Positions 1-12,800 are shown, counted from the whole stretch's first letter. The stretch is DNA of 62,817 bases, filler included, from Rhabdomonas costata (GCA_019059605.1; 42 parts of 42 records of this genome joined end to end with filler, not necessarily neighbours in it), one strand, 5' to 3'. A program made the numbers and translations. The notes: generated by a model from the sequence alone, not told the origin.

Positions 1-324
1 GGGTGGGGGGGTGGATGGAGGGCTCGATGGATGGATGTGCAGCAGCACGTCCATGGCGGAATGAAAGAAAAAAAAGGGCAAACGGGCCAGACCGAGGGGA
101 AACCGAGAGCCACAAAACAAGGCGAGTACACTCTCACAGCGTTTGAAAATGGTGAAGAAGGATCTGGGAGAGGGGTTGGGGGCCTTCCATCAACAAAAGA
201 CAGCGTGTCGTCATGGCAATGGAAGCAAGGAAGCGAAACCTTCACCGCGAATTCTAACCGAAGCCATATGCACTGGTCCTTCGGGTGAGTGCTTACGAGT
301 AATTGCTCAAGAAAATATGTCCAC

Positions 325-986
325 CCATTCTCGCCGCTCCGCGAGCTGCAAGCGGATCCTCGCCACGGCGTCGGAAGGGTCGATCTGCAGCACAGAGCGG
401 TATAGGTCTGCCGCTGCACTGAAGTTGCCCTCCTGGTGCAACTGAGGGAAAGAAGTGCATTGTAGTGCAGAAGGAAGGGCAGGGGGCTGCTTCGCTGCAG
501 GCCGCGTCGCTCAAACAACATGGAAAACACTCTGCATGATTGCGGGTGGCGGTGATGGTTGTTCTGATGAATAGCACTCCCGCAACAAATGATGAAGAGA
601 GCAAAGACAGGTCCTCATAAAAGAATACACTGTACTTTCACTCAGCCATAGTGAGCACCTTCAGTCATTACATTCGAAACAGAAGCACCGGGCAGTGCTG
701 ATCCGAATTATTCCTCAACACCAACCCACATAAGTTAGGATCGGAAAAGCTCTAGTCACTGTTCTCTCGATTCAGGGGCATATGCCGTCGTCGTGTGAAA
801 CAATGGTCATCCTACCCTCTTCTCATTCACCACATAACCAGCTCAGCAATCGGGCGGCGGGAGGCGGTATGTGAACGACTGTCGCGCTGTCGAGGCATTT
901 TCGCAACACAGAACCTGCATGGCTTGCGAGAACTCATTCAGGGAGTCAAGCTTGGGCTCGTCGGCGGGCCTAAGCACTTCGTAGAC
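325..986 (-). CDS. C-terminal TPR-like tail of a class III adenylate/guanylate cyclase-like protein (partial, 2 exons)
   Basis: Exons 986-915 and 441-325 (AG/GT bounded, phase 0) splice to VYEVLRPADEPKLDSLNEFSQAMQ-LHQEGNFSAAADLYRSVLQIDPSDAVARIRLQLAERREW, matching the VYEL...F..A...Y..G.F..A...F...L...P.D..A tail that follows many class III cyclase domains. Confidence 0.6.
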
Positions 987-1602
987 CTGCGCAAATGGAA
1001 AACAGGGCAGCGACCCCCCCCCCTCTCCGTCGGGAAAGGAGCACAGAGAAAACCTGCAGGTTCCGTTTCCCTCCCCTCTTGGGTAACCGCGCACCGCAAT
1101 TCCTTCAATTGGAAAGGCTTGCCCTTTCACATTGCTCGGGCTATGGCTCAACACTGAGAACGACGCAGTTTCTGAACCCAAGAACACAAAGAAAACCGCG
1201 AAAAGTCGTGCCGTCTACTCAGTGCTCGGTACTCGTGAGTCCAAGTCAGTCCAACAACCGTTGGATCAAAGTTCATTCGCGCACGCAAACACCATCCCCC
1301 CTTCGTACCCTCCCGCTACGGGATTTGCCTTTTGATTTCATCCTTGGTCTTCCTTTCCTTCCTTCTTATAAATTTTTTGTTTGGTGCGAAACCAACAACN
1401 NNNNNNNNNNNNNNNNNNNNNNNNNNNNNNNNNNNNNNNNNNNTTAATTAATTAANNNNNNNNNNNNNNNNNNNNNNNNNNNNNNNNNNNNNNNNNNNNT
1501 GTGGGGTGGAGGGGTGATAGCTATAGAGGCCTTCCCGCTTGACCACCTCATAAGCAGAAGAAAAATCAGCAGCAGCTGCTGTTTGGGGTGATGGTGCTCA
1601 CC

Positions 1603-2898
1603 TCGGGCTCGGGGCCCTGCTCACGTGCCTTGTCAAGCTGGCTTCGCTTCGATCGGCGCAGCTTTTCCGGCACATAGCGGCACTTCCGCAAGTGAGCCTC
1701 CGGGTTCACTGACACCTCTGTGGGGTGTGGAATGTATGCCAAACTCTCACCTTAGTATAGTGTTCCAAAGAGATATTACGAATTAATCTCCTATGTTTTT
1801 TCAATGTCAAAGATCAAAGAAAAACAATTGATAGGAGCACAGCACTGCTTTTAAAGGGATATGATATAATAAATAATGAACAAAATAAAAATAATATGAC
1901 ATAATGAAGGTAAAAGTAACGAAATGGAGAAGGATTTGAATCGGCCAATGACAAACGGGCTTTGTTTAGCTGTTCAGCCGAAGCCCAACATTCCCGGTTG
2001 TGTCAATTTTGCCTTTTAATGGTGAACAGGGTGCCAGGATACCCTAACGAACTGCCGCCCGAGTGACGAGTGACGCCCTAGGGCACCTCGTGATGACGTC
2101 ACCCCACTCCACAATCCACCCCGTCAATAATCCCGCAGCTCAAAACAACTTGCAGGCAGAGCGAGGTCCGCACCTCCGACTGAAACGTACGGCTTGTTGG
2201 GCGGTGATAGGAACCCAGACTCGAACCTGAGCAAACCGGCCCCCACCCCGTCCGCACATACAACACACAGAGACAAGAACTCTCCGAGGGAGGTCAAGGA
2301 TTGGAAGACGTCTTCTCTTGCGCTTGTGATGGGTTTCCAAGGCTCCGAGAGGTGAATTTCACAACGGGCACAACGAGCAACTTAACCGGATCATTGGGAC
2401 GCATGGTCAACATTGCAGCTTCGCGCTTCGGCAAAATTTCTTAACGCTCTCTAACTCTTGTGTCCCTGCTATACTCACTACTTACTACCTAGTATACTTA
2501 TGCAGCCCGACCGAATCGGAGAAAACCGGAGAAAGACAGAAAGAGAGAATGAAAAGCGACAGCGGCACGGCTCGTACCTGGGCTTGCTGTGGCTCGCGAT
2601 GTGCCGCCTCTGTGGAAAAAAACCAAAATAACACAGGGAAACGAACAGGCGCGTTGGGCACCCTTGCTCAACTCACGAGCTGGGCACAGGCCAGACATTT
2701 AAAGAAATCCTTGCAGGCATGAAACCGGACAAGGTCAGGATGCGCTTGGGAGGTGGTGCGAACTCAAGAATCACGCCCCAGGTTATCCATCGAACGGCGG
2801 TAAAAGAGACCGAAAGCTGTTCACCTTGAAATGCTCCACGCGATTTCCGAAGACGACCACCACGTCATCGCGAGTCGACCGCAGCTGCACGTAGTGCA
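1603..2898 (-). CDS. Exon fragments of an unidentified protein
   Basis: GC-rich segments ~2898-2825 (HYVQLRSTRDDVVVVFGNRVEHFK, GTGAAC donor) and ~1718-1603 (VSVNPEAHLRKCRYVPEKLRRSKR..., GTGAGC donor); the phase join is unresolved. Confidence 0.35.
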
Positions 2899-3581
2899 NN
2901 NNNNNNNNNNNNNNNNNNNNNNNNNNNNNNNNNNNNNNNNNNTTAATTAATTAANNNNNNNNNNNNNNNNNNNNNNNNNNNNNNNNNNNNNNNNNNNNTG
3001 TTGTGTTTGGGTTACAATTACGCGTGCGCACAGAAGTGCGCCGTCACCAGCCGGCAATCCAACAGAAAACAATCTGATTAACGGAGTTCCGTCACTGGGC
3101 ACGAGTGAGGTCCAGAAGCCTGAAGCACCCCTCCACCACCACCTCAGGCACAAAATCGACCCTGGAGCACACCAAACGCAAACACACACACACACACATG
3201 CTTCGCGCTCTGGACAAACAATCCATTGGAGATAATGGGCAACCGAGAAACCGCACAGGAGCCACCACCACCCAATAACGCTTGAGTGCTCCGGCAACTG
3301 CCCCATAAGAGAAAAAGATTTTTGAAAGCCGACAGCCTGCAGCGATAGCGGGAAAGGGTCGGACACCACGACCATGAGTCTGATTCCAGGTGGGAGGGTG
3401 TCCAAGGCAGCAGTAAAACGCCATACAGCCCTTGGAGAGACCAATGCTTTGCAGCCTCAGAGAGCCGGATTGCAAATGTGTGAAGATGCTGAGGTTGAGA
3501 ACACGTCCGTCCCCTTCAAAACGGAAGGAAACGGCATTTCGGAAAGACCAACACACCTGGTGGCGGTTGAAGGAGTCTTCT

Positions 3582-4334
3582 TCATTTCGTGACCCGGATC
3601 ACTCCGTCACTTGACCCACCGCTGTCCTCGCAGCACTCCACCAGAAGCCGCGAGGGACTGTCCCAGGGCAGCACCGACAGCGCCTCGCGGAACCACCGCA
3701 GAGCCCCTGCGGAGTCTCCGTCGCTGTACAGCGCAATGCCCTACAAAGCGAAAGAAAGAGAAAGAAGAAAGACACGAAGCGTGCAGCGAGAAGAAGAGGG
3801 TGTGGTCCGAGCGTACACATCCCAATGGCGCACGACAGACACACTGTCAAACTACAGCAGAGTTCCATGAGGGGTTGCCCATGGGTGTGGGATTCTGCAG
3901 GAGTCAGCCTGAACGCAACTACCAAATACCAACCCACCCCAACACTACAGCTTTCATCCAAGAAACGTCAGAGAAAGCAGAACAGACGCAGCTGAGGCAG
4001 CGGAAAGAAAAAAAAGAAAAATAGAGTAAGCCCAACGGGGTACGCCCCCAGAGCTAAACTTCAGGCAACTGCACGTATGAGAGCTTTGTCTCCCCAGATA
4101 ACGCCGCTGGTATGCCTCGCAAGCAAATGGGTATGGAAGACTCAGAGCCACAACCCACTGCCGAAAATCACGAGTCCCAGTAAAAATCACTGAAGGCAAA
4201 AAACAAAGAGAGGGAGGGAAGAATCAGAGGGGTTGAGGTGAGGAGAAGAGACACCTTCTCGTACAGGCCTGCCGCTCGCAGCACGAGGTCCCGGCGAACC
4301 CACTGCCAGTGGTACAGCACCAAAGGATCGTCAC
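3582..4334 (-). CDS. 3' end of a class III cyclase-like protein (TPR-like tail, last 2 exons)
   Basis: Exons 4334-4255 and 3740-3582 splice in phase to DDPLVLYHWQWVRRDLVLRAAGLYEK-GIALYSDGDSAGALRWFREALSVLPWDSPSRLLVECCEDSGGSSDGVIRVTK*, resembling the YE.G..LY..GD...A...F..AL...P.D.PS.L...C...DGV...K* cyclase tail. Confidence 0.65.
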
Positions 4335-4390
4335 CTGAACACAGTCACAAGCAGGCAGGCCTGTACGAGAAGGTGTCTCTTCTCCTCACC
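4237..4390. repeat. Perfect 37-bp inverted repeat (4237-4273 / 4354-4390)
   Basis: GGTGAGGAGAAGAGACACCTTCTCGTACAGGCCTGCC and its exact reverse complement at the contig end. Confidence 0.95.
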
Positions 4391-4645
4391 ACCACACNNN
4401 NNNNNNNNNNNNNNNNNNNNNNNNNNNNNNNNNNNNNNNNNTTAATTAATTAANNNNNNNNNNNNNNNNNNNNNNNNNNNNNNNNNNNNNNNNNNNNGGG
4501 TGGTGGGTGGCGACTTGCAGAAATGCCCCGGTAGGGATTTGGAAAGTGCACCGGTGATTAGAACCCCGTGATCACCGGCACCTCCCCGCTGGGCATATTC
4601 AGCGGCTTAGTTTTCGTGCCTTCGCTTCTGTGGCGTTTTTCTCAG

Positions 4646-5561
4646 GACGAGTACGCGATTCGGATCCCCACGATCGACCACCAGCACAAGCAGCTGCTGG
4701 CGATCCTGGTGCAGCTCGGGGAGGTCGCCCTCGGCTCCCCGACGCAGGACCAGCGGGGGCGCACGGTATATCTGTTCGCAGTTCGCAGCATACTGTCCAT
4801 GGACACACAATTTGGTCTGCATGCGCACCTTTGGCCGGCAGATGGCGAGGATGGGCTGCTGCTATGAAGCCCGCGCCGTTGGACTGGCTGCACGCGTGCA
4901 CGCGAGGGCATTATTTTTGGTACATATCGACATTCCTAGTTTTGCTTCCGTTGTCCTGTGGCTTCTCATTTGTGCTTGCGCCGAACATCGGTTTACTGCA
5001 TAATTCCTAATATCTTGTCATTTATGTGTTCCTGTTTCTTTGCAGGTGTGAACGTCCCCTCATTATACCACAGGGCGGCTTTCAGCAAGCAAGCAAGCAA
5101 GCTCCCATTTTGTGTTTTTGCCGTCCTTGTTTTCCTAACAAATGCGAACGAGGGACTGCTTTGGTTTCCGTCCTCCTCGTGCTTTGTTCCCCACAAAACT
5201 GTGTTTGCTTCAACGGCACCTCTTGGGCTCCGTGGGCTCCGTCACTGCCGCTGAGGCCTCGCGACGAGACTGCGCGCCATAGCGTGTCTGTGTGGGTTGT
5301 CCAGGCTGCTTCCAGGGAGGTGTTCCATCCGTCCTGCTTATTTTGCCCTCTTAAGGGTCAAGCCTTGAAGCGGCTGCTCGAGTACGTGTTGTACCACTTC
5401 CTGGCTGAGGTAGTAGTGATGCAGCGCATTGGGTACCCCCTCTTCCAGACCCACCGCGTGGTCCACCGCAGCTTCACCACACTATGCCTGGAGCTCCAGG
5501 CAAAGTTCAGCGAGAACACCCTAGTGGTCGACGGCACGGTGTTATCCTCGGTGTACCAGTG
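4646..5561 (+). CDS. Hemerythrin (bacteriohemerythrin-like di-iron) domain protein, partial
   Basis: Exon 4646-4765 DEYAIRIPTIDHQHKQLLAILVQL... and exon 5356-5561 ...LKRLLEYVLYHFLAEVVVMQRIGYPLFQTHRVVHRSF...VYQW show the ID.QH, HxxxE, YP and HxxxH motifs. Small extra exons between them are not excluded. Confidence 0.85.
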
Positions 5562-6579
5562 GTAAATGCGTTTGCGCCGCCTTCTGTGTTCAATGAAGAT
5601 GACATTCTGAACTCAAAATTCGCCTCGACGGCGCCCTCTATATATGTCATAAAACCGAAGGGCGGAGCATTGAGCGGCCAAAGAACGCGTCAGAGTGGAC
5701 TTCCAGAGAAAGGACTTAAGTGCTGCTCAGAGCCTTCGAGCTCCAGAGGTTGATCACAGTCGACCGCTTGCACCAGTCCCAGAAGAAATCTTGGTTCCAA
5801 TGTATCCGGGGTTTTTGTATATGCCACCGCGGACCACAACCAGATCCACTCAGCTGAGGGTTGAGGATGAGGGATGCAGACTTTCACCCCCCCCACNNNN
5901 NNNNNNNNNNNNNNNNNNNNNNNNNNNNNNNNNNNNNNNNTTAATTAATTAANNNNNNNNNNNNNNNNNNNNNNNNNNNNNNNNNNNNNNNNNNNNTGTG
6001 GGGTGGGGGAAGGATCGCCTGTGGAGCGGCAACAGTTGGTCATGACCCAGGAGTGATAAGAGAACCATGCTTCGTTGGGTTCAGATATCCGTTGAAAAAT
6101 TACCGAGAAATTTGACGCCAGTTCACCTTCTTTATATTGTTCTTTCCTTCCACTTGTTATGACATGACATTTTGACATCAGCGTTATTGTCAAGCATGCA
6201 GTTCCGTGACGAATGACCTGGATAGACGCGCACCACAATGCCAAACTTATAATCTTTCCTCTCAGAATGACTGGCGGCTCCACCGTCGAATCGTTGTAAT
6301 GACCAGGAGGACATTGGAGTCATACAAGCAGCCAGCGATATTCAGAAAATATGATTTCTTTCATCGTCTCGTTCGAGTTTCCTCTCAGCAGAGCCCCATT
6401 TGAATAGGTCAAACCAGCCGTTTTCGGAATTTCCAACGCACCTTCGTCGGAAAGTTTTCCGCAAAAAACATTTTGGCAGAAAGCTCGCTCATTAACCCAC
6501 AGGCCGCTTTCCTGTGGTCACGTTGAGAAATACCTCGACACTACTATGCATAAAAGCAGTCTCCGGAGCAACATTTGTC

Positions 6580-6764
6580 AGCACCCCAGGAGTAGCCCGG
6601 GTGTCAGCGGGAGGCGGAATGGGGGATGCAGGGAGCTCCACGGCCACGGGAACCACTGTAGGGCTGGGGGACTGAGGCACTACCATGAGTCCCACCAGCA
6701 CGCCCAGCACAAGGGTTACCGTGAGGGGCAGGCAGAGTTTGCGAGGGCCGGGCCCATCAGGCAT
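6580..6764 (-). CDS. Probable first exon of a type II membrane protein
   Basis: MPDGPGPRKLCLPLTVTLVLGVLVGLMVVPQSPSPTVVPVAVELPASPIPPP: short basic N-terminus, one hydrophobic helix, Pro-rich stem; 3' boundary approximate. Confidence 0.4.
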
Positions 6765-8461
6765 CTGTCCGTCTGCCCAAACTTCACATCACCTCTCCGG
6801 CAAAACCAGACTTCCTTGCCGCTTGCCCAAGGGTGGAAAGCTTTTCATGCACAAACAAGAGAGAAGCACATAAGTCTGAAAATCGGCTTGAAGTGCATCA
6901 GGCTTTTGTAACAATCTGGCTTCGGAGCATATGCACTGCGCTGAAAGCCCCCAACAACACGTAATTACTCTCACACAGCTCCACTGAATCGCTAGCAAAA
7001 CCAGAACACCTCCTGACTTGTTTGTTTTCAGGTTTTACCGTAAACACTACAAACCAACCCACACAAAGGCATCTATTTGCTGATCAATCAAAAACTACTC
7101 AAAAGCGACGTGCAAGACAGAATGATCTTTTTCACACACAAATACGACTTGGAGCTTCGATGTTGCTCCGCCGTGGAAAAGGGAAGCCAGGGAAGCAGCC
7201 CGTTTCCCAAACCAGGTGTCCTCTCCGCAACACTTTTTCCCCGCCCCACGAAAGTTGTCAGGTGTGAAGGGCACGCTACTCCTTATCGACATAGCCTTTG
7301 CAGGCGAAAAGTACACAGCTCACGGTCCGTCACCAATCTCCAAACTACACAAAACCCAAAGAGCGGTGGCGTCACAGAGGCACGACACCCACCCNNNNNN
7401 NNNNNNNNNNNNNNNNNNNNNNNNNNNNNNNNNNNNNNTTAATTAATTAANNNNNNNNNNNNNNNNNNNNNNNNNNNNNNNNNNNNNNNNNNNNGGGTGT
7501 TGTGGCAAAGAGAGGTGTCCAAGCAGCGACTCATTGGTCTCATTCTCGCCAATCCTTAGCAGTCTCCAGTGACGACCTGCACTGGTAAGCAGATGATGCC
7601 ACTGCGATTGCTGATTATTTACGTGGCAAAAGCTCGCTACTCGAACTCCGTTTTTTCATTGGGTCAACCTTTTCTTTTATGGTAGGCTTAATGTGCCATT
7701 GTGAAACAGCTTCACTCTGAGAAAACATTTTCGCACAGCTGGAACACTGGAACACTGGAACAGCGTCCAAATGTCTGGTGGGAAAGGGAACTGCACCTTC
7801 TGCAGGGACAAAAGGGCCCGCACACATAAGGCGAAGCGGGCAGGGGAATGGAAGTCGAAGCAAACTCACAGCAGCTGACTGTTAAGCCGACGCGGCTCAG
7901 ACACCCGGTGCGGGCTATGGTGGCACAATCACACTGTAGCTCACCTCAGCCAAACATCTCATTGCACCCTTGGTTGTCACTTGCTGCATTTTGTTCCGTT
8001 TACCTCCACATTTCTTCTGCAGCATTTTTTAGGTCGTGTTCCGTTTCATTATGCCCAAACCATTCGAATATGCAGAGGTATGCGGCCCGGTGATTTGTTA
8101 TTCCTGCATTTGCAGTGTGCAATCTGAATTGGATTCCTGTGCTTACTCTGTGGTCGGTTCGCAGTGTGGATACTGCTGTGATCCATTAGCTTCGGTTGTT
8201 TTTGTGAATTTTCATATTTTCAAGCGATCGCTGGGTAGACAACTTTGCTCCCCCCATCCTTGCACACATGACCAACGTTTTTTCAACCAATGTCAGTCAA
8301 TATCGAGTACCGATTTTTGAACCCAGCCGTTGCAAAATTGTGTGTGTGCCTGTGCCGCAGTGCCGTGATCCACTTTCATTTTTGAACATTGTCCAGAACT
8401 GCACGGATGCATGTCCACTTTCTCCTTGCGCGGTTGCACGGCCATTTTGCGTTACGATGGG

Positions 8462-8567
8462 ATGGGTTTCTACAGAGACTACTACGAGGTGCTGGAAATA
8501 CCTCGGGACGCTGACCATGACCAGATTCGGAAGCAGTACAAGCTCCTGTCCCTTAAATGGCACCCAG
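8462..8567 (+). CDS. J-domain (DnaJ/Hsp40) protein, first coding exon
   Basis: MGFYRDYYEVLEIPRDADHDQIRKQYKLLSLKWHP then G|GTATGT; DYY motif and HP(D) split by a phase-1 intron. Confidence 0.9.
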
Positions 8568-9657
8568 GTATGTCTCGGCCCGCCTCAACAAAAACGAAAA
8601 AATGCCCACAAACCCGCCTAAAGACGGACCCAGTGCGCAGAGGTACAAGTGGACTATCGAGCATTGCAAGAAATCAGAGCCCTTATGCTACGGCCAACGG
8701 GAATCGAAGGGCAAGAAGTCAGTGAGGCAACCCCGAGGTTTAGCGTAAGAGGGCAGGAATAGCCCGCAACGCAGCTATAGAGCGAAGTGTTGGCACGGCA
8801 ACGCCTGTATATACCGGTGCTGCCCGTTCACCCATCCGAAAGAAAAGCTCTAAGGGTCTTTCCCACGGGAAAGGCCCCAGCCCCCCCAACACANNNNNNN
8901 NNNNNNNNNNNNNNNNNNNNNNNNNNNNNNNNNNNNNTTAATTAATTAANNNNNNNNNNNNNNNNNNNNNNNNNNNNNNNNNNNNNNNNNNNNGTTGTGG
9001 GGTTTCCAGGTGGTTCTCTCCCTTCTTCAGTTTGATTCTTCCACGTGTACACGCTTGTATGGGCATGGTCTCCTTTTTGTTCCCTTGGTTTTTTTTTCGA
9101 CGCCCTCGTTTGTGTTTGTGTGAAGGTGTATAGGACGTTGCTTCAGGGTGAATTACGGCGGCGGTGGCGCGAAACAGTTGCTTCCCGATTTGCTTTTTTT
9201 TTCAAACGTCGGTAGCCATGGTTTGTTTCCTTATATTTTTTTAATGCTTTGAGCGGGGTGCACATCAGTGCATCTTTGTGGGGGAGTTCACCATTGAAAT
9301 TAGAACATCCTGCTTGTTTTCAGTGTGGTTTGAATGAAATATTTGCAGTTGCACACGCGAGGACATTCCCGAGCAGAAGGTTTGCAAGGTTTGGTTGGGA
9401 GGGGATGCAGCTTCTTCAGCCAGGTTTTCAGCCGAAGCCGAGCAAGGGAATTCTATGAGGTTATCCAAGTGTATTTTGCAGCTGGTTGAGAGTGTGATAG
9501 ACCTTTTCACACTACGACTGCATGGGGCGCCCCAGTAGTCCCCGCCCACACTCCTTCTACACTTTCGGCCAACTTAAGAGCGAACGGGTACACACAGCTT
9601 CGTTAAGAGTGGTGGCCCCCACACCACTTTTCAATGCCGCTCCTAGACCGAGGGCAG

Positions 9658-9880
9658 GAATTCTGCCTCTGTGTCCCTCATGGGGTTCCTCTTTGCAGTG
9701 CTGCTGTGGTTCGCTGTTCTGTACCGCTACCTCTTCGGCTCGAGCGCGAGCGAGGGCATTGCCATTCCTGTGGTTGTGCGGTCCCACCTGGGCTTCCAGC
9801 CCTACCCCAACAACCTCACCGTGGGCCTGCCCGCGTACCTCAGCCTGTGGGAGCTTCCGCTGCGGAAACTTGGCCTGCAG
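9658..9880 (+). CDS. Exon of a membrane-anchored protein of unknown function
   Basis: AG...CAG|GTGGTC bounded GC-rich segment encoding MGFLFAVLLWFAVLYRYLFG...LWELPLRKLGLQ. Confidence 0.4.
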
Positions 9881-12800
9881 GTGGTCGCCACGGCTCCCCA
9901 TCTCATTGCTCTCCCTCCCTCTCCCCTCCCTCACTCCCACAACAGCAACTTGTGTGGATCCCCGTGTGTGGGTCGACTTCCAAAAGCACAGTGGTGGTTT
10001 GCATGTGTTTATGAACATTCACCTGCATTCACGGATCTGCAATGATACGCGGTTGATGCAAGCTCAGGTGCCTCAGGGCCTCTCTTCTGCAGAGAAATCG
10101 TACTGCTCTCTTGCTGAAGAACCAAGAACCCAAAATTAGTCTGAGAGCCAAAAAAATATGTCCGACCCCAACCCTGATTTTGAACGCTTGGGATTTCGAC
10201 GCTTTTTGTGGGAAGTTATGACGCACATTCGAAGTTCCCCTTTGTTTTCTTGTCTTCGCGCGCTTGCGTGTGTGGAAACTCGAAAGCAATCAGACACGTC
10301 AGAAAGAATGTCATTGCATTTTCTATACTGCAACGAATGGTTGCCCTTTGCTCGAAGGCCCGCGAGGTGACCAGAGCTTGCACAAACCCCCNNNNNNNNN
10401 NNNNNNNNNNNNNNNNNNNNNNNNNNNNNNNNNNNTTAATTAATTAANNNNNNNNNNNNNNNNNNNNNNNNNNNNNNNNNNNNNNNNNNNNGGGTGTTGT
10501 TGCATCCATTTGCGGTGACCCTTTCAAATGTTTTCAATTACTGCGGCCAAAAGCATGTGTTCTGAGGTTACGGTGTAATGTGCTATTAGAGGGAAAAAAT
10601 AGCAGGCTTCAGAGAGAGACATTTTTCACGTTAAAATAACTCAATAATCATCGCCAATGTGTGCCGGTGTGTGACGTGCGCACCAGAAACACCAACAACG
10701 CATCGGGCTAGCTTTACCAGTCCCATATGTGCAAGAAACGCCCACAACCGGGCATTGCTGGGGTGCCACATTGCCAGTACTGCGCCCAGAACGTGTTCTG
10801 AAATGCTGAAATGCGCTTCCAATCTTTTTTGCGTGGAAATCCGATTTGCGCAGTTTCCTATGTTGTTCTCAACCAGAACACAGTTATTCTGTGGTCACCA
10901 TAAAATATCCACTGCAATATAACGCCAGAAGGAGAACAACGGAGGTGACAAAGGCAAGACAAGAACTCAGACAGACACCAACAAACCTCTATACTCTATA
11001 TTGGTGTCCTTGCCGCAGACCCCTTCACGCGTTTGCCGTGTAGTGGGCACAAAAATGTGGCGCGCCCAGCTGTCCTCAGAGCACGTGAGTGCCTTCCAAG
11101 AGGGCACCGAACTCCGCCCCAGAGGTAGCACTACCCCGCAGCACAAAGTCCTCGAACAGGAACACGCACAGCGGAGCCTGCGGCACAGGGGAAACAGAGC
11201 AGGCAGGCAGACGTGGGGATGGATGTGGAACAAGCGCGCATTACGCGCTGTTCTGCGGATGCAAAAGGGTGGTAAAAGCACCTGCTGCCTGTATCAGCTG
11301 AGGTGATAGCATGTGATGCACTGCCGCAATCTTTGACGCTGCACTCGTGCCTGCATCTTCTTCTCCTTATATGAATGTATAGTGTTCACCAGCACGAAGC
11401 CAACGGCAATACACGGAAGCAATGAACGTGAGGAAGAGAGCGATTCAGAAAGAAAACCAAAGAAATTGCAGAGGAAGCTCGTGCCCCACGCCCCTCTGGC
11501 ACGAGGGTGACGCTTACCATTTCAGTAACAGTGCTGCTGGGGGTCAGCAAAAACGGTAGCTGTGTGTATGGTTGGGTTCCCCGTCCAACTCTGCTTATTG
11601 GGAGAGCTCACCACCAAATGCCCAGGAATGCAAGTGATGATACGACAGGCGCCACGAATTCTTTTTGCTGAGAAACTTGTCACCATGTCAGTATGAAACA
11701 AAACAAGCAGGATAAGTTGTCTGGTATTAGGTGGGTGCAACAGGGAGCTTAAGCAAAGAGCAAGTGAGTGTGTGTGAGGCAATTGAGCAAATAAAAAGCA
11801 CTGTGACTGACCTGACTTAGTGACACGCAATGACATGCATGTGCATTGAAAATGCATCTAAATGACACTGCATGGGCACACACAACCCCCNNNNNNNNNN
11901 NNNNNNNNNNNNNNNNNNNNNNNNNNNNNNNNNNTTAATTAATTAANNNNNNNNNNNNNNNNNNNNNNNNNNNNNNNNNNNNNNNNNNNNGGGTGTGGGG
12001 CCCGACGCAGGCAGAGACCAGCAGCTGAGAGCATGTGGGATTGTTGGAAGACGGGGAAGGGGGGATAGCACACAGTAGTTTTGGACAGTACAATGAACAT
12101 TTAGATGGCCTTGGTTTGAAGCCGAACTTCTTGTCCTGGTCTCTCACCATCTCTCACCATGCGTTCCTCATTTACCATCCCTCAGGCTACGATTGTCTCT
12201 GAAAGCTACCACAATCGGGGTTTTTCCTCATTGGGAATCAATCAAACTGAAATACACCCATACCATGGGCCGCAGAAAACTTCTGTTCGAAGAATGCCAG
12301 ATTTGATTTGACTTGCAATTACCAGTCCATCTCAATATCGGCAGCGTTAGAAGCTATACCATGCAGATAAAAATGCCCCAATGAAGTGTGTCTGTGAAAA
12401 GGAAGACTACTTAAGTGCTCTGAGAGTGTGCGTACAAAAAGCACTTTTGCACCGCCACGATTCAAGTCAATGTAAATGACCGAATAAAATGGATCCCCCG
12501 TAATACAAAAAGAGAGTCTAATCCTTTTTATCCCAGTGGCTTTGTGGCTTTTCCAAAGATTTCCAACACACTTAGTGGTTTCCTTGGTGGCTCCTTTGGT
12601 CCTCTTTTTTTTTTCAGCCTTGTGCTATTCGGACCTGCAGCAGGCCAGCCCCGGCCATTCAAAAATTACAAGTATCATAATTGAATGCACCCGGAAGATC
12701 AGATACTTTCCAGCACATGTGTTCATCGCTTTCACATGGACGACACTGTTGGTGTGCCAAAGGTGCTCGACCGGATATTTGGATGTGCGGCGAAGCTGAA

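Noticed and set aside
3374-4334. Resemblance to NDUFAF5 (LGETNA; RRDLVLRAAGLYEK)
   Set aside because: The two pieces are on opposite strands, and the minus exon splices cleanly into a cyclase-type tail.
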